A program made the translations under genes and the position numbers. From positions 1 through 45,459 of the forward strand of contig DATLTP010000107.1 of assembly GCA_035533535.1 (NCBI GenBank): a stretch of 45,459 nucleotides of DNA, written 5' to 3'. Shown here piece after piece: positions 34,814 through 42,994 of the stretch. Source of the DNA: Bacillota bacterium. Its GTDB lineage: Bacteria; Bacillota; Sulfobacillia; RBS10-35; JAJYVM01. Below the pieces are notes generated by a model. That model did not search any database. It had not been told where the DNA came from and was given only the letters and a program-made list of their open reading frames with translations. Numbering within the stretch: the stretch's first letter is position 1; every line of letters begins with the position of its first letter.

Positions 34814-35698
34814 GTGGACAAAGCCCCGGTGCGCGTGAGTTTGATCGGCGCCGGCCGCATGGGAACCCCCATGGCCCGGCGCCTGCTGGGGAGCGGGTTC
34901 CCGGTGACCGTTTGCGACCTGAACCCGGCCGCCGTGGCGGCGCTGGTCAGCGAGGGCGCGGAGTCGGCCCCGGATCCCGCGGCGGCGGCCCGTGCGGCCG
35001 ATGTGGTCATCACGATCCTGCCGGACGGCCCGGCCGTGGAGCAGGCCGTCTACGGCCCCCGCGGCTTGGCGGAGGCCCTGGCGCCTGGCCAGTTCCTCCT
35101 GGAGATGACCTCGTCCCGCCCGGCCGTCACCCGCCGGGTCGCCGCCGATCTGAGCGCCAAGGGCATCCGGGTGGTCGACGCCCCCGTCTCCGGTGGCGTG
35201 CGTGGCGCCGAGGCCGGCACCCTCTGTGTGATGGTCGGCGCCTCCGCCGCGGACCTGGAGGCCTGCCGCCCGATCCTGGAGTGCTTCGGTCGCGACATTG
35301 TGCACGTCGGCGAGCACCCGGGCGACGGCGACACGGCCAAGACCCTGAACAACATGCTGTCCGCCATGACGATGTGGAGCGCCGCCGAGGCACTGGCCCT
35401 GGGCGCCAAGGCCGGCCTCGACCCCGCCCGTCTGGTGGAGGCCATCAACCATTCCAGCGGCCGCAGCAACACCACGGAGGCCAAGCTGCCGCGCTACGTC
35501 CTCCCGCGCCAGTTCAACGCGGGCTTCACCGTTGGGCAGTACCTGAAAGACCTGAACATCTGCCTGGGGCTGGCGGAGGAGACTGGCACCCCCATGCCGC
35601 TGGCCGAGATGCTCCATGAGCTGTGGGGCAAGGCCGCCGCTGGCGGCATGATGGACCGGGACCACACTGCCGTCGTGGAGTGGGTGCAGCGGATGTGA
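34814..35698 (+). CDS. NAD(P)-dependent oxidoreductase, 3-hydroxyisobutyrate/6-phosphogluconate dehydrogenase-like family
   Basis: VSLIGAGRMGTPMARRLL (GxGxxG), ...DAPVSGG..GA..GTL..MVGA..., ...GDG...K..NN. GTG 34814 follows GAGGGGGAG. Confidence 0.8.
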   Translation: MDKAPVRVSLIGAGRMGTPMARRLLGSGFPVTVCDLNPAAVAALVSEGAESAPDPAAAARAADVVITILPDGPAVEQAVYGPRGLAEALAPGQFLLEMTSSRPAVTRRVAADLSAKGIRVVDAPVSGGVRGAEAGTLCVMVGASAADLEACRPILECFGRDIVHVGEHPGDGDTAKTLNNMLSAMTMWSAAEALALGAKAGLDPARLVEAINHSSGRSNTTEAKLPRYVLPRQFNAGFTVGQYLKDLNICLGLAEETGTPMPLAEMLHELWGKAAAGGMMDRDHTAVVEWVQRM

Positions 35699-35832
35699 GG
35701 CGGGGGCCCCAGGGGCCGGAGCGCGCCATGGCGCCCGGCCCCGGCCCCACCCCGCAGCGGTGGCCCAGGCGCCGCCAGGGTCAGGGCGAACGAAGCAGGC
35801 ACCCCCGGCCGCCCCCGCGCCTATCATGCTGC

Positions 35833-36633
35833 GTGGTTACGGGAACGGTCCCCACATCAGCTTCAGCGACTCCGGCCGCCGCGGGCGACCTCCGCGCCCT
35901 GCAGGGCCTCCCGCCGGGCGAGGTGGTCTGGGAGGGCGACATCGCCGCCGCCGGCCGCAAGTGGCGGCGCATCGTCGTCAAGACCCACGTCATCCGGCCC
36001 GGCGAGGACATCGCCGCGGTGGTCGCCCAATACGCCGGCCCACTCACGCGCCCCGGCGACATCGCCGTGATTGGCCAGAAGGCCACATCCATCGCTCAGG
36101 GCCGCCTGGTGCGCGAGGACGAGGTCCACCCCAGCCGACTGGCCGTCTTCCTCAGCCGCCGCGTGACCAAGAGCCCTTACGGCTATGGTCTCGGCAAGCC
36201 GACCACCATGGAGGTCGCCCTGCGCGAGGCGGGCGCCCCCCGCATCCTGACGGCGGCCGCCGTGCACCTGCTCACGCGCACGCTGCTGCACCGCACGGGC
36301 GACTTCTACCGGGTGGCCGGCCGGGCGGTGGCCGCCATCGACGGCACGACCGACTGGGCCCTGCCCCCCTACAACCGGTACATCGTGATGGCGCCCGACC
36401 GGCCGGACGACCTGGCGGCCGCCATCGCCGCCAAGCTGGGCGCCCGAGTCGGCGCCGCCATCGTGGATCTGAACGACGTGGGCAGCGTCGTGCTGGGCGC
36501 CTCGCCGGGCGTGGACCGGCGGCTTGTGGCGGAGGCGCTGCGCGACAACCCCCTGCGCCAGGGCGCCTACCAGACCCCGCTGGCGATCGTGCGGCCGCTC
36601 GGCCTGGCCTGGCGGGGCAAGAAGCGCCAGTAG
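35833..36633 (+). CDS. F420-0:gamma-glutamyl ligase-like (CofE-fold) family protein
   Basis: ...VIRPGEDIAAVV......L..GDIAVIGQKATSIAQGRLV... resembles the CofE-like domain. The start is uncertain (GTG 35833). Confidence 0.5.
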   Translation: MVTGTVPTSASATPAAAGDLRALQGLPPGEVVWEGDIAAAGRKWRRIVVKTHVIRPGEDIAAVVAQYAGPLTRPGDIAVIGQKATSIAQGRLVREDEVHPSRLAVFLSRRVTKSPYGYGLGKPTTMEVALREAGAPRILTAAAVHLLTRTLLHRTGDFYRVAGRAVAAIDGTTDWALPPYNRYIVMAPDRPDDLAAAIAAKLGARVGAAIVDLNDVGSVVLGASPGVDRRLVAEALRDNPLRQGAYQTPLAIVRPLGLAWRGKKRQ

Positions 36634-36740
36634 CCCGCCTCCAAGGCGCGACGACCTCCGCTTCCGGCGCCTTGCGGGCGCCCCGTCGCGTGCTGCCGCG
36701 GAGAACAGGTTCCGGCGGATGCGCCCGAGAAGCCTGGGCC

Positions 36741-37943
36741 GTGGCAACTCGCAGGGCCGTGGTCGTCGGCGCCGGGATCATCGGGCTGATGTGCGCCCGC
36801 GAGCTGGCGCGACGCGGCCTCGCGGTGACCGTGGTCGACGGCGGGGAGCCCGGCGCCTCGGACGGGAACACGGGCCTGGTGACCCCGTCCTTCTCCGGGC
36901 CGCTGCCCGCCCCCGGCGCGATCCGCCAGGCAATTCGGCGGAACAGCCCCCTTGCCATCCCCCCGTCCTCGCTTCCCGGCCTGGCCGCCTGGCTGCTGCG
37001 CTTCGCCAGCCACTGCAACCCGCGCGCCTACATGGCGGGCCTGGAGGCCGTGGCTGCGCTGGCCCGGCCCACCATGGCCCTGTACGACGAGCTGGGCGGG
37101 CTTGCGTTTCAGATGCACAGGCAGGGGCTGCTCTTCGCCTTCCGGACGCGCGGCACGGCCTCGTACGCCCTGGCCGACCTCGAGATGCTGCACGGTCTCG
37201 GGTACGCCCGCCCACGGCCGGTGGGCCGTGACGAGCTGCGGGCCCTTGAGCCGGCCGTATCCGCGGACCGTGGCATCTTCGTGGAGGGGGAGCGCCACGT
37301 CCGGGCCGAGCAGCTCGCTGCGGCCCTTGCCAAGCAACTGCCCATCGTGCGGGGGACCGTGACCGGTTTCGTCCGGCGGGGCCGAACCGTGTGCGCCGCC
37401 CTGGCGGATGACGGACGGCCGATCGAGGCCGACTGCTTCGTGCTGGCGGCGGGCGTCCGATCCGGCGCCTTAACCCGCGCGCTGGGCTGGCGGCTGCCGC
37501 TGGCCGCCGGCCGGGGATACAGCCTGACGGTGGCGCAGCCGTCCCTCCGCCTGCGCCAGCCGCTCTATCTCGATGAGGCCAAGGTCGCCTGCAGCCCGTT
37601 CGCCGATGCGCTCCGGCTGGCCGGCACCCTGGAGCTCACATGCCCCGGCCGGCCGCCCGACCCGCGGCGCCTGGCGCTGCTGCGGCGCTCGGCGGACGCG
37701 TGGCTGCCGGGCTGGGACGCGGGCGCCGGGGTCGCAAGCTGGTCGGGGATGCGCCCCCTCACGCCGGACGGGCTGCCGGTGATCGGCGCCGTGCCCGGGT
37801 CCGACAACGCATTCATCGCCACGGGCCACGCCATGCTGGGGATGACGCTGGCACCCGTGACGGCCCGGGGCATCGCGGACCTCGTCTGCACCGGCGACAG
37901 CGACCTCCCGCTCGGCCCCTTTCGTCCGGCCCGCGCCTATTGA
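36741..37943 (+). CDS. FAD-dependent oxidoreductase (DAO/DadA-like)
   Basis: AVVVGAGIIGLMCARELARRGLAVTVVD dinucleotide-binding motif. C-terminal ...G.RP.TPDGLPVIG......N.FIATGH...G. GTG start at 36741. The upstream part of ORF 35760..37943 is shadow. Confidence 0.8.
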   Translation: MATRRAVVVGAGIIGLMCARELARRGLAVTVVDGGEPGASDGNTGLVTPSFSGPLPAPGAIRQAIRRNSPLAIPPSSLPGLAAWLLRFASHCNPRAYMAGLEAVAALARPTMALYDELGGLAFQMHRQGLLFAFRTRGTASYALADLEMLHGLGYARPRPVGRDELRALEPAVSADRGIFVEGERHVRAEQLAAALAKQLPIVRGTVTGFVRRGRTVCAALADDGRPIEADCFVLAAGVRSGALTRALGWRLPLAAGRGYSLTVAQPSLRLRQPLYLDEAKVACSPFADALRLAGTLELTCPGRPPDPRRLALLRRSADAWLPGWDAGAGVASWSGMRPLTPDGLPVIGAVPGSDNAFIATGHAMLGMTLAPVTARGIADLVCTGDSDLPLGPFRPARAY

Positions 37944-38169
37944 TACGTGCCACCTGGCGCCCAGAACGCCGCGGACCGCGACTGCAGGGGCGGCAACGCC
38001 TCCCGCCGGGCCCCCGCCTTCGCGCCCGCGCCGACTGGGCCACGCCATGCGGGGGAAGACATTGGCCCCCGTGAGGGCGGGGGCCAGCACCGACCTCCCG
38101 GCACTCGCCACGGTGCGCTGGGCATGATGCCGACCTCCCGCCCGGCCCCTTCCACCCAGCCTGCACCTA

Positions 38170-38199
38170 TTGACGCTGCTTCTCGGAGCGTGGTAGTTT
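38170..38199 (+). promoter_or_regulatory. sigma-70-type promoter for the T-box leader
   Basis: TTGACG (38170-38175), 17-18 nt spacer, (G)TAGTTT (38193-38199). Confidence 0.45.
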
Positions 38200-38421
38200 C
38201 GCAGCACCCGAGGATCGGGAGCGCGCTTGGCCGGTGCCCGCAGTGAGCCGGGGGCAGTGGGACCCGGCGGCCGTGGCCCAGCGCATCCGCCCAGGAGGGC
38301 CCGCCCGATGAGGGCGGCGCGGCCGCGCGTTACAGCGGCATGAAGTGGGCCGGCGCACGTCCGGCCAATCGAGGTGGCACCGCGGGACCTCTCGCCCTTG
38401 CATGGCGAGAGGTCCTTTTTT
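38200..38421 (+). promoter_or_regulatory. T-box riboswitch leader with terminator
   Basis: Conserved T-box sequence AATCGAGGTGGCACCGCGGG at 38367-38386, F-box-like GCGTTA at 38328-38333 and AGTGA-type stem I elements. The terminator is GGACCTCTCGCC-cttgcat-GGCGAGAGGTCC followed by TTTTTT (38385-38421). Confidence 0.75.
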
Positions 38422-38443
38422 ATTTCCCCAAGGAGGGCTCGAT

Positions 38444-39514
38444 GTGGACGAAGAGTTGCTGCTGGTCCCTGGCCCGACGCCGGTCGCGCGCGAGGTGGCC
38501 GCAGCCGGTTCCCGACCGATGGTCAACCACCGCGGGCCCCACTTCCGGGCGCTTCACGCCCGCGTCCAGGCGGGCCTGAAGTACGCCTTCCAGACGGACA
38601 GCGAGGTGCTGGTGTTCCCGTCGGCCGGCACCGGCATGCTGGAGGCCGCCCTCGTCAACTGCTTCTCGCCGGGCGACCGCGTGCTGGCGGCGTCGATGGG
38701 CGCTTTCGGGCTGCGCTTCGCCGAGGTGGCGCGGGCCTTCGGGCTGGAGGTCGACCTCGTGGAGGGGGAGTGGGGCCGCGCCCTGCCGCCCGAGGTCATC
38801 GTCGCCGCCATCCGGCCCGACACCCGCGGCGTCCTGCTGACGTTCAACGAGACGTCGACGGGGGCCCTGCTGGACCTCGAATCCGTGGCGCGCGCAGTGC
38901 GCGCGCACACTGACGCACTCCTGCTGGTCGATGCGGTGAGTGGTTTGGGTGGGGCCGACCTCAGGATGGACGCCTGGGGCTGCGACCTCGTCCTCGCCGC
39001 GTCCCAGAAGGCCCTCGCCGTGCCGCCTGGACTGGGGCTGGTCGCCGCTGGGCCGCGGGCTCTGGCCGCCGGCCAGCAGGCGCGTCTGCCGCGCTTTTAC
39101 TGGGACTTCCGCGCCTATCACCACGGCGAGGTGCCTTACACGCCAGCGGTTGGGCTCTGGTACGCGCTCGATGCGGCGCTGGAGCGGCTGCGGGCGGAGG
39201 GGCTGCCTGCCGCGTTCGCGCGGCACCGGGAACTGGCGACGATGGTGCGCGCCGGCTTCACGGCCGCGGGTCTGCCGCCGCTGGTCCCCGAGGCCGAGTC
39301 CTCGCCCACGGTGACATGTCTGGTCGGACCGGAGGCGGCGCGGCTGGTGACCGAGCTCGAGCACCGCAACATTGCGGTCGGCGGCGGTATGGGGCCGCTC
39401 AAGGGCAAGGCGCTACGCGTCGGGCACATGGGGTCGGTCACGCGGCAGGACCTGCTGGCGCTCTTCGCGGCGGTGGACGAGATCCTCGGCACCCGTGCGC
39501 TGGAGGCGGTCTAG
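38444..39514 (+). CDS. class V aminotransferase (phosphoserine / serine-glyoxylate aminotransferase-like)
   Basis: ...LLVPGPTPV...., ...LLVDAVSGLGG, ...SQKAL..PPGLG (PLP-Lys). It is adjacent to serA. GTG 38444 lies 6 nt after AAGGAGGG. Confidence 0.8.
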   Translation: MDEELLLVPGPTPVAREVAAAGSRPMVNHRGPHFRALHARVQAGLKYAFQTDSEVLVFPSAGTGMLEAALVNCFSPGDRVLAASMGAFGLRFAEVARAFGLEVDLVEGEWGRALPPEVIVAAIRPDTRGVLLTFNETSTGALLDLESVARAVRAHTDALLLVDAVSGLGGADLRMDAWGCDLVLAASQKALAVPPGLGLVAAGPRALAAGQQARLPRFYWDFRAYHHGEVPYTPAVGLWYALDAALERLRAEGLPAAFARHRELATMVRAGFTAAGLPPLVPEAESSPTVTCLVGPEAARLVTELEHRNIAVGGGMGPLKGKALRVGHMGSVTRQDLLALFAAVDEILGTRALEAV

Positions 39515-39517
39515 GCC

Positions 39518-41071
39518 ATGGCACGCGTGCTGGTTGTGGAGCCGATCAGCCAGGCCGGGCTCGACGTGCTGGCGGAGCGGCACGAGGTCGTCTACCGGCC
39601 AGAGTGCGGGCGGGCGGAGCTGCTCCATCTGGTGGGCGATGCCGACGCCCTGATCGTGCGCTCCGCAACCCAGGTGGACGCCGAGGTGCTGGCCGCTGGC
39701 CAGCGGCTGCGGGTCGTCGGCCGGGCGGGCGTGGGCGTGAACAACATCGACGTCGAGGCCGCCACGGGGCGCGGAGTCGTGGCGCTGAACGTCCCCGACG
39801 GCAACACCATCGCCGCCTGCGAGCAGACCTTCGCCCTGATGCTGGCCCTGGCCCGGAACCTGCCCCTGGCGGCCGCGTCGCTGCGGGCGGGCCGCTGGGA
39901 GCGCGAGCGGTTCGTCGGCGTGGAGCTGCGGGGCAAGACCCTGGGCGTGGCGGGCCTCGGCCGCATCGGGCAGGAGGTGTGCCGGCGGGCGGCGGCCTTC
40001 GGGATGCGGACCCTCGCCTACGACCCGTTCGTGACCGGCGGGGACGTGCCGCTGGCGCCTTTGGACGAGGTCATTGCCGCGGCGGACTTCCTGACCTTGC
40101 ACGTGCCCCTGACCAAAGAGACTCGCGGACTGATCGGGCGGCGGGAGCTGGCGGCCATGAAGGCGGGCGCCTTCCTCATCAACTGCGCCCGCGGCGGGTT
40201 GGTGGACGAGGCGGCCCTGCACGAGGCGCTGGTCTCGGGCCACCTGGCTGGGGCGGCGCTGGACGTCTTTGCGGTAGAGCCGCCGGGGGAGAGCCCGCTG
40301 CTGAAGCTGGACAACGTGGTGGCCACGCCGCACCTGGGCGCCTCGACCCGCGAGGCCCAGGAGGTCAGCGCCGTGCTGGTGGCCCGCTATGTCTGCGACG
40401 CGTTGGAGGCCCGCCCCGTGCGGTCGGCCGTCAACCTGCCCGCCGTCGACGAGGCGGCGTGGGCGGCGGTGCGGTCGCTGCTGCCGCTCGGTGAGCTGCT
40501 GGGGGCGCTATTTGTGCAGGCCGTGGGCGGCCCGGTGGCGTCGGTGGAGGTCAGGGCCGGCGGCTCGCTGACGGGGCAGGCTGGCGAGCTGCTGCTGCGC
40601 AGCTGCTTGCGCGGGCTGCTGGCTGGCGTGGTCGACGAACCCGTCAGCCTGGTGAACGCAGCGCTCATCGCCGGGCGGCGGGGGGTGCGCGCGGCCCTGC
40701 GGCTGGAGGCGGATGGCGACCCCGCGAGCGTGGCGCTGCACGTGGGGGAGCACGTGATGGCGGGCTCGGCCGCTGGCGGCGCCCTGCGCATCACGGCGTG
40801 GGATGGCGTGCCCATCGACATCGCCCCGGCGCCGTTCATGGTGGTGACCCGCCACCGCGACCGGCCGGGGCTGATCGGCCGTGTCGGCACGGTGCTGGGT
40901 GCGGCGGGCGTCAACATCGCCGCTATGCACGTGGGCCGCCGCAGCCCGCGCGGGGATGCGGTGATGGTCCTGACCGTGGACGAGCCGGTGCCGGCCGCGC
41001 TGGTGGCGGAACTGCGGGCGGCCGAGTCGTTCGAGGACGTGCGGTTTGTGGAGCTGCCGCACATTGAGTAA
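39518..41071 (+). CDS. serA: D-3-phosphoglycerate dehydrogenase (long form with ASB and ACT domains)
   Basis: MARVLVVEPIS..GLD.L, GLGRIGQEV NAD motif, ...NCARGG.VDE.AL, ...HLGAST.EAQ. The C-terminal ACT-like region reads ...RDRPGLIG.VGT.LG..GVNIA.M.VGR. Confidence 0.9.
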   Translation: MARVLVVEPISQAGLDVLAERHEVVYRPECGRAELLHLVGDADALIVRSATQVDAEVLAAGQRLRVVGRAGVGVNNIDVEAATGRGVVALNVPDGNTIAACEQTFALMLALARNLPLAAASLRAGRWERERFVGVELRGKTLGVAGLGRIGQEVCRRAAAFGMRTLAYDPFVTGGDVPLAPLDEVIAAADFLTLHVPLTKETRGLIGRRELAAMKAGAFLINCARGGLVDEAALHEALVSGHLAGAALDVFAVEPPGESPLLKLDNVVATPHLGASTREAQEVSAVLVARYVCDALEARPVRSAVNLPAVDEAAWAAVRSLLPLGELLGALFVQAVGGPVASVEVRAGGSLTGQAGELLLRSCLRGLLAGVVDEPVSLVNAALIAGRRGVRAALRLEADGDPASVALHVGEHVMAGSAAGGALRITAWDGVPIDIAPAPFMVVTRHRDRPGLIGRVGTVLGAAGVNIAAMHVGRRSPRGDAVMVLTVDEPVPAALVAELRAAESFEDVRFVELPHIE

Positions 41072-41137
41072 GGCAGCGGTCCTTTTCGCCCTTGGCAAGA
41101 AGCTGCATCACGATGAGTAAGGCGGCGGTCCTCTTCG
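41065..41137 (+). repeat. 49-bp-offset direct duplication spanning the serA stop / HAD start
   Basis: TGAGTAAGGCAGCGGTCCTTTTCG (41065-41088) versus TGAGTAAGGCGGCGGTCCTCTTCG (41114-41137): 22 of 24 identical. Confidence 0.8.
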
Positions 41138-41859
41138 ACCTCGACGAGACGCTGATTCACGAGCGGGCGTCGACATCGGCGGCCATCGCGGCTGTGGCTG
41201 GCCCTGACGCTCCGGAGCTGGAGGCGGCCCTGCGTGCCGTTGGGCCGCCTCTGTGGGCGGCCACGCCGACGGCGGCGTACTGCGATCGGATCGGCATCAG
41301 CTGGTGGGAGGGGCTGGCCGGGCCCTTCGGACCCTCGCCGGATGCTGGGCTGGCGGCGCTGCATGAGGTCGCGCCGCGATACCGGGTGGATGTCTGGACA
41401 GCGGCCCTGCGGCGGCTGGGCCGCGAGGACGGGGCGGCGGCGGACCTGGCGGCCGCGTTTGCTGCGGACCGGCTGCGCCGGCACGTGTGCTACCCGGACG
41501 CGGTGGCGACACTGGAGCGCCTGCGGGGGCGGGTGCGCCTCGGACTGGTGACCAACGGCGCGCCCGACTACCAGGGCCTGAAGCTGGACGGGTGCGGGCT
41601 GCGGCCGTACTTCGACACCATCGTCATTTCGGGTGAGCTGGGCTTCGGCAAGCCCGACCCGGGCGTGTTCCGCGTGGCGCTGGAGCGGCTGGGGTGCGCG
41701 CCAGCGCAGGCCATGATGGTGGGGGACAACCCAGCCCGGGACGTGGCGGGCGCCCGCGCGGCCGGGATCTTCGCCGTGCTGGTGGACCGGGGGACCCCAG
41801 ACGGTGGCGCCGATGTGGTCGTGCGGGATCTCAGCGAGGTGCCGGATCTCGTGGGCTGA
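41113..41859 (+). CDS. HAD-family hydrolase
   Basis: MSKAAVLFDLDETL (DxD motif I), ...TNG..., ...GKPDPGVF..., ...MVGDN..D. ATG at 41113. Confidence 0.8.
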   Translation: MSKAAVLFDLDETLIHERASTSAAIAAVAGPDAPELEAALRAVGPPLWAATPTAAYCDRIGISWWEGLAGPFGPSPDAGLAALHEVAPRYRVDVWTAALRRLGREDGAAADLAAAFAADRLRRHVCYPDAVATLERLRGRVRLGLVTNGAPDYQGLKLDGCGLRPYFDTIVISGELGFGKPDPGVFRVALERLGCAPAQAMMVGDNPARDVAGARAAGIFAVLVDRGTPDGGADVVVRDLSEVPDLVG

Positions 41860-41870
41860 GCCGCTTGCGG

Positions 41871-42215
41871 GCATGGCCGCAAGGATGGTGGCCGTGATCG
41901 CTGTCCGGGGCGCGCGTGGCGTGGACAATGCCACATGCCAGCGCTAAATTATTTCCGGGGCTCAGCCGCAGGTGATCATGGCCGCGAGACCATGTGGCCG
42001 TGATCACCGTCCGGGGGACGATGCCACATGCCAGCGCTGAGTCCCCGGGGCTCGGCCGCAGGTGATCATGGCCGCGAGACACCGCGGCCGTGGTCACCGT
42101 CCGAACGGGTGCCGCGAGGCATGTTTGCGCGGTCCGGTTGCCCGTCCGTGCCAGCGCGGAGTCTCCGGGGCTGAGCTGCTGGCCGTCATGGCCGCGAGAC
42201 ATCGCGGCACGAATG
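41871..42215. repeat. imperfect tandem repeats (about 93-120 bp period, 3 copies plus a partial) upstream of the tRNA operon
   Basis: The core is (A)TGCCA(CA)...GCCAGCGC..AGTC.CCGGGGCT.AGC.GC.GG....CATGGCCGCGAGAC...GCGGCC. It recurs with starts near 41928, 42021 and 42146. A partial copy lies at 41871-41910. Confidence 0.75.
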
Positions 42216-42257
42216 AGCGGTCGGGTCGGTACCGTCTGCGCGGGGGCGGGGCGAGGT

Positions 42258-42287
42258 TTGACCGTCCGGCTCGGCCTCGGCTAAGAT
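42258..42287 (+). promoter_or_regulatory. promoter for the tRNA-Pro/Gly/Arg operon
   Basis: TTGACC (42258-42263), 18 nt spacer, TAAGAT (42282-42287), about 15 nt before tRNA-Pro. Confidence 0.5.
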
Positions 42288-42302
42288 GAAAGATGCGGCA
42301 AT

Positions 42303-42378
42303 CGGGGCGTGGCGCAGGTGGTAGCGCGCGTGCTTTGGGAGCACGAGGCCGCCGGTTCGAACCCGGCCGCCCCGACCA
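42303..42378 (+). tRNA. tRNA-Pro (anticodon TGG)
   Basis: Cloverleaf folded by hand: CGGGGCG/CGCCCCG acceptor, anticodon loop TTTGGGA, T-arm GCCGG-TTCGAAC-CCGGC, encoded CCA. Confidence 0.9.
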
Positions 42379-42400
42379 GCCTTCTCAGACTCTGCATCGG

Positions 42401-42474
42401 GCGGGTGTCGCCTAATGGTAGGGCACGACCCTTCCAAGGTCGCCGTGGGGGTCCGATTCCCCTCACCCGCTCCA
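42401..42474 (+). tRNA. tRNA-Gly (anticodon TCC)
   Basis: GCGGGTG/CACCCGC acceptor, anticodon loop CTTCCAA, T-arm GGGGG-TCCGATT-CCCCT, encoded CCA. Confidence 0.85.
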
Positions 42475-42486
42475 ACCCTCCTACGT

Positions 42487-42563
42487 GCGCCCGTAGCTCA
42501 GCTGGACAGAGCAAGTGCCTTCTAAGCACTCGGTCGGTGGTTCAAGTCCACCCGGGCGCACCA
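42487..42563 (+). tRNA. tRNA-Arg (anticodon TCT)
   Basis: GCGCCCG/CGGGCGC acceptor, TAGCTCAGCTGGA D-arm, anticodon loop CTTCTAA, T-arm GGTGG-TTCAAGT-CCACC, encoded CCA. Confidence 0.9.
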
Positions 42564-42695
42564 ACCATGCCACCGCCCCTTCTGTGGGGCCGCCGCCCGT
42601 CGCAGCGGACGCTGCTACTCGCCGTGGCGGTAGCGAGTAGGTCCTGATCTGCGCCGTGGTCCACGGGCCTGGTCCAATGGGCAGGGATCCGATGA

Positions 42696-42930
42696 GAGCA
42701 AATTACGGCGGCGCGTTCCACGTGGGCAGTCGCCGCACCTTCACCGCCGTTTCTGCTGCATGGTCGCGACGGGCGCGTGGAGGCGGTCCACGAAACCCAC
42801 CACCTGGGGCTGTTCAGCCGCGCCGACTGGCTGCGGATCCTGCGCGAGGCAGGGTTCGAAGCGAACGTCCAGGCCGAGGTGACATCTGAGGGGCGCACGC
42901 CGCGCGACGTGTTCATCGGCCGGCGTGGCA
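42696..42930 (+). pseudogene. C-terminal remnant of a class I SAM-dependent methyltransferase
   Basis: ...FLLHGRDGRVEAVHETHHLGLFSRADWLRILREAGFEANVQAEVTSEGRTPRDVFIGRR is a typical methyltransferase C-terminus. No N-terminal SAM-binding part precedes it, and a stop lies at 42693-42695. Confidence 0.5.
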
Positions 42931-42994
42931 TAACGGGGGCGCCCCTGCCTGGGGCAAGCTTGCGTTATATTGCCATCCAGGGGGCTTGCGCCGC

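Noticed and set aside
33245-37943. N-terminal extensions of ORFs 33245..35827(-) and 35760..37943(+), and likewise of 1392..3842, 18215..20125, 22231..23325 and 26170..27264
   Set aside because: The family-like sequence starts at internal start codons with good Shine-Dalgarno sequences. The upstream parts overlap neighbouring genes and look non-coding.
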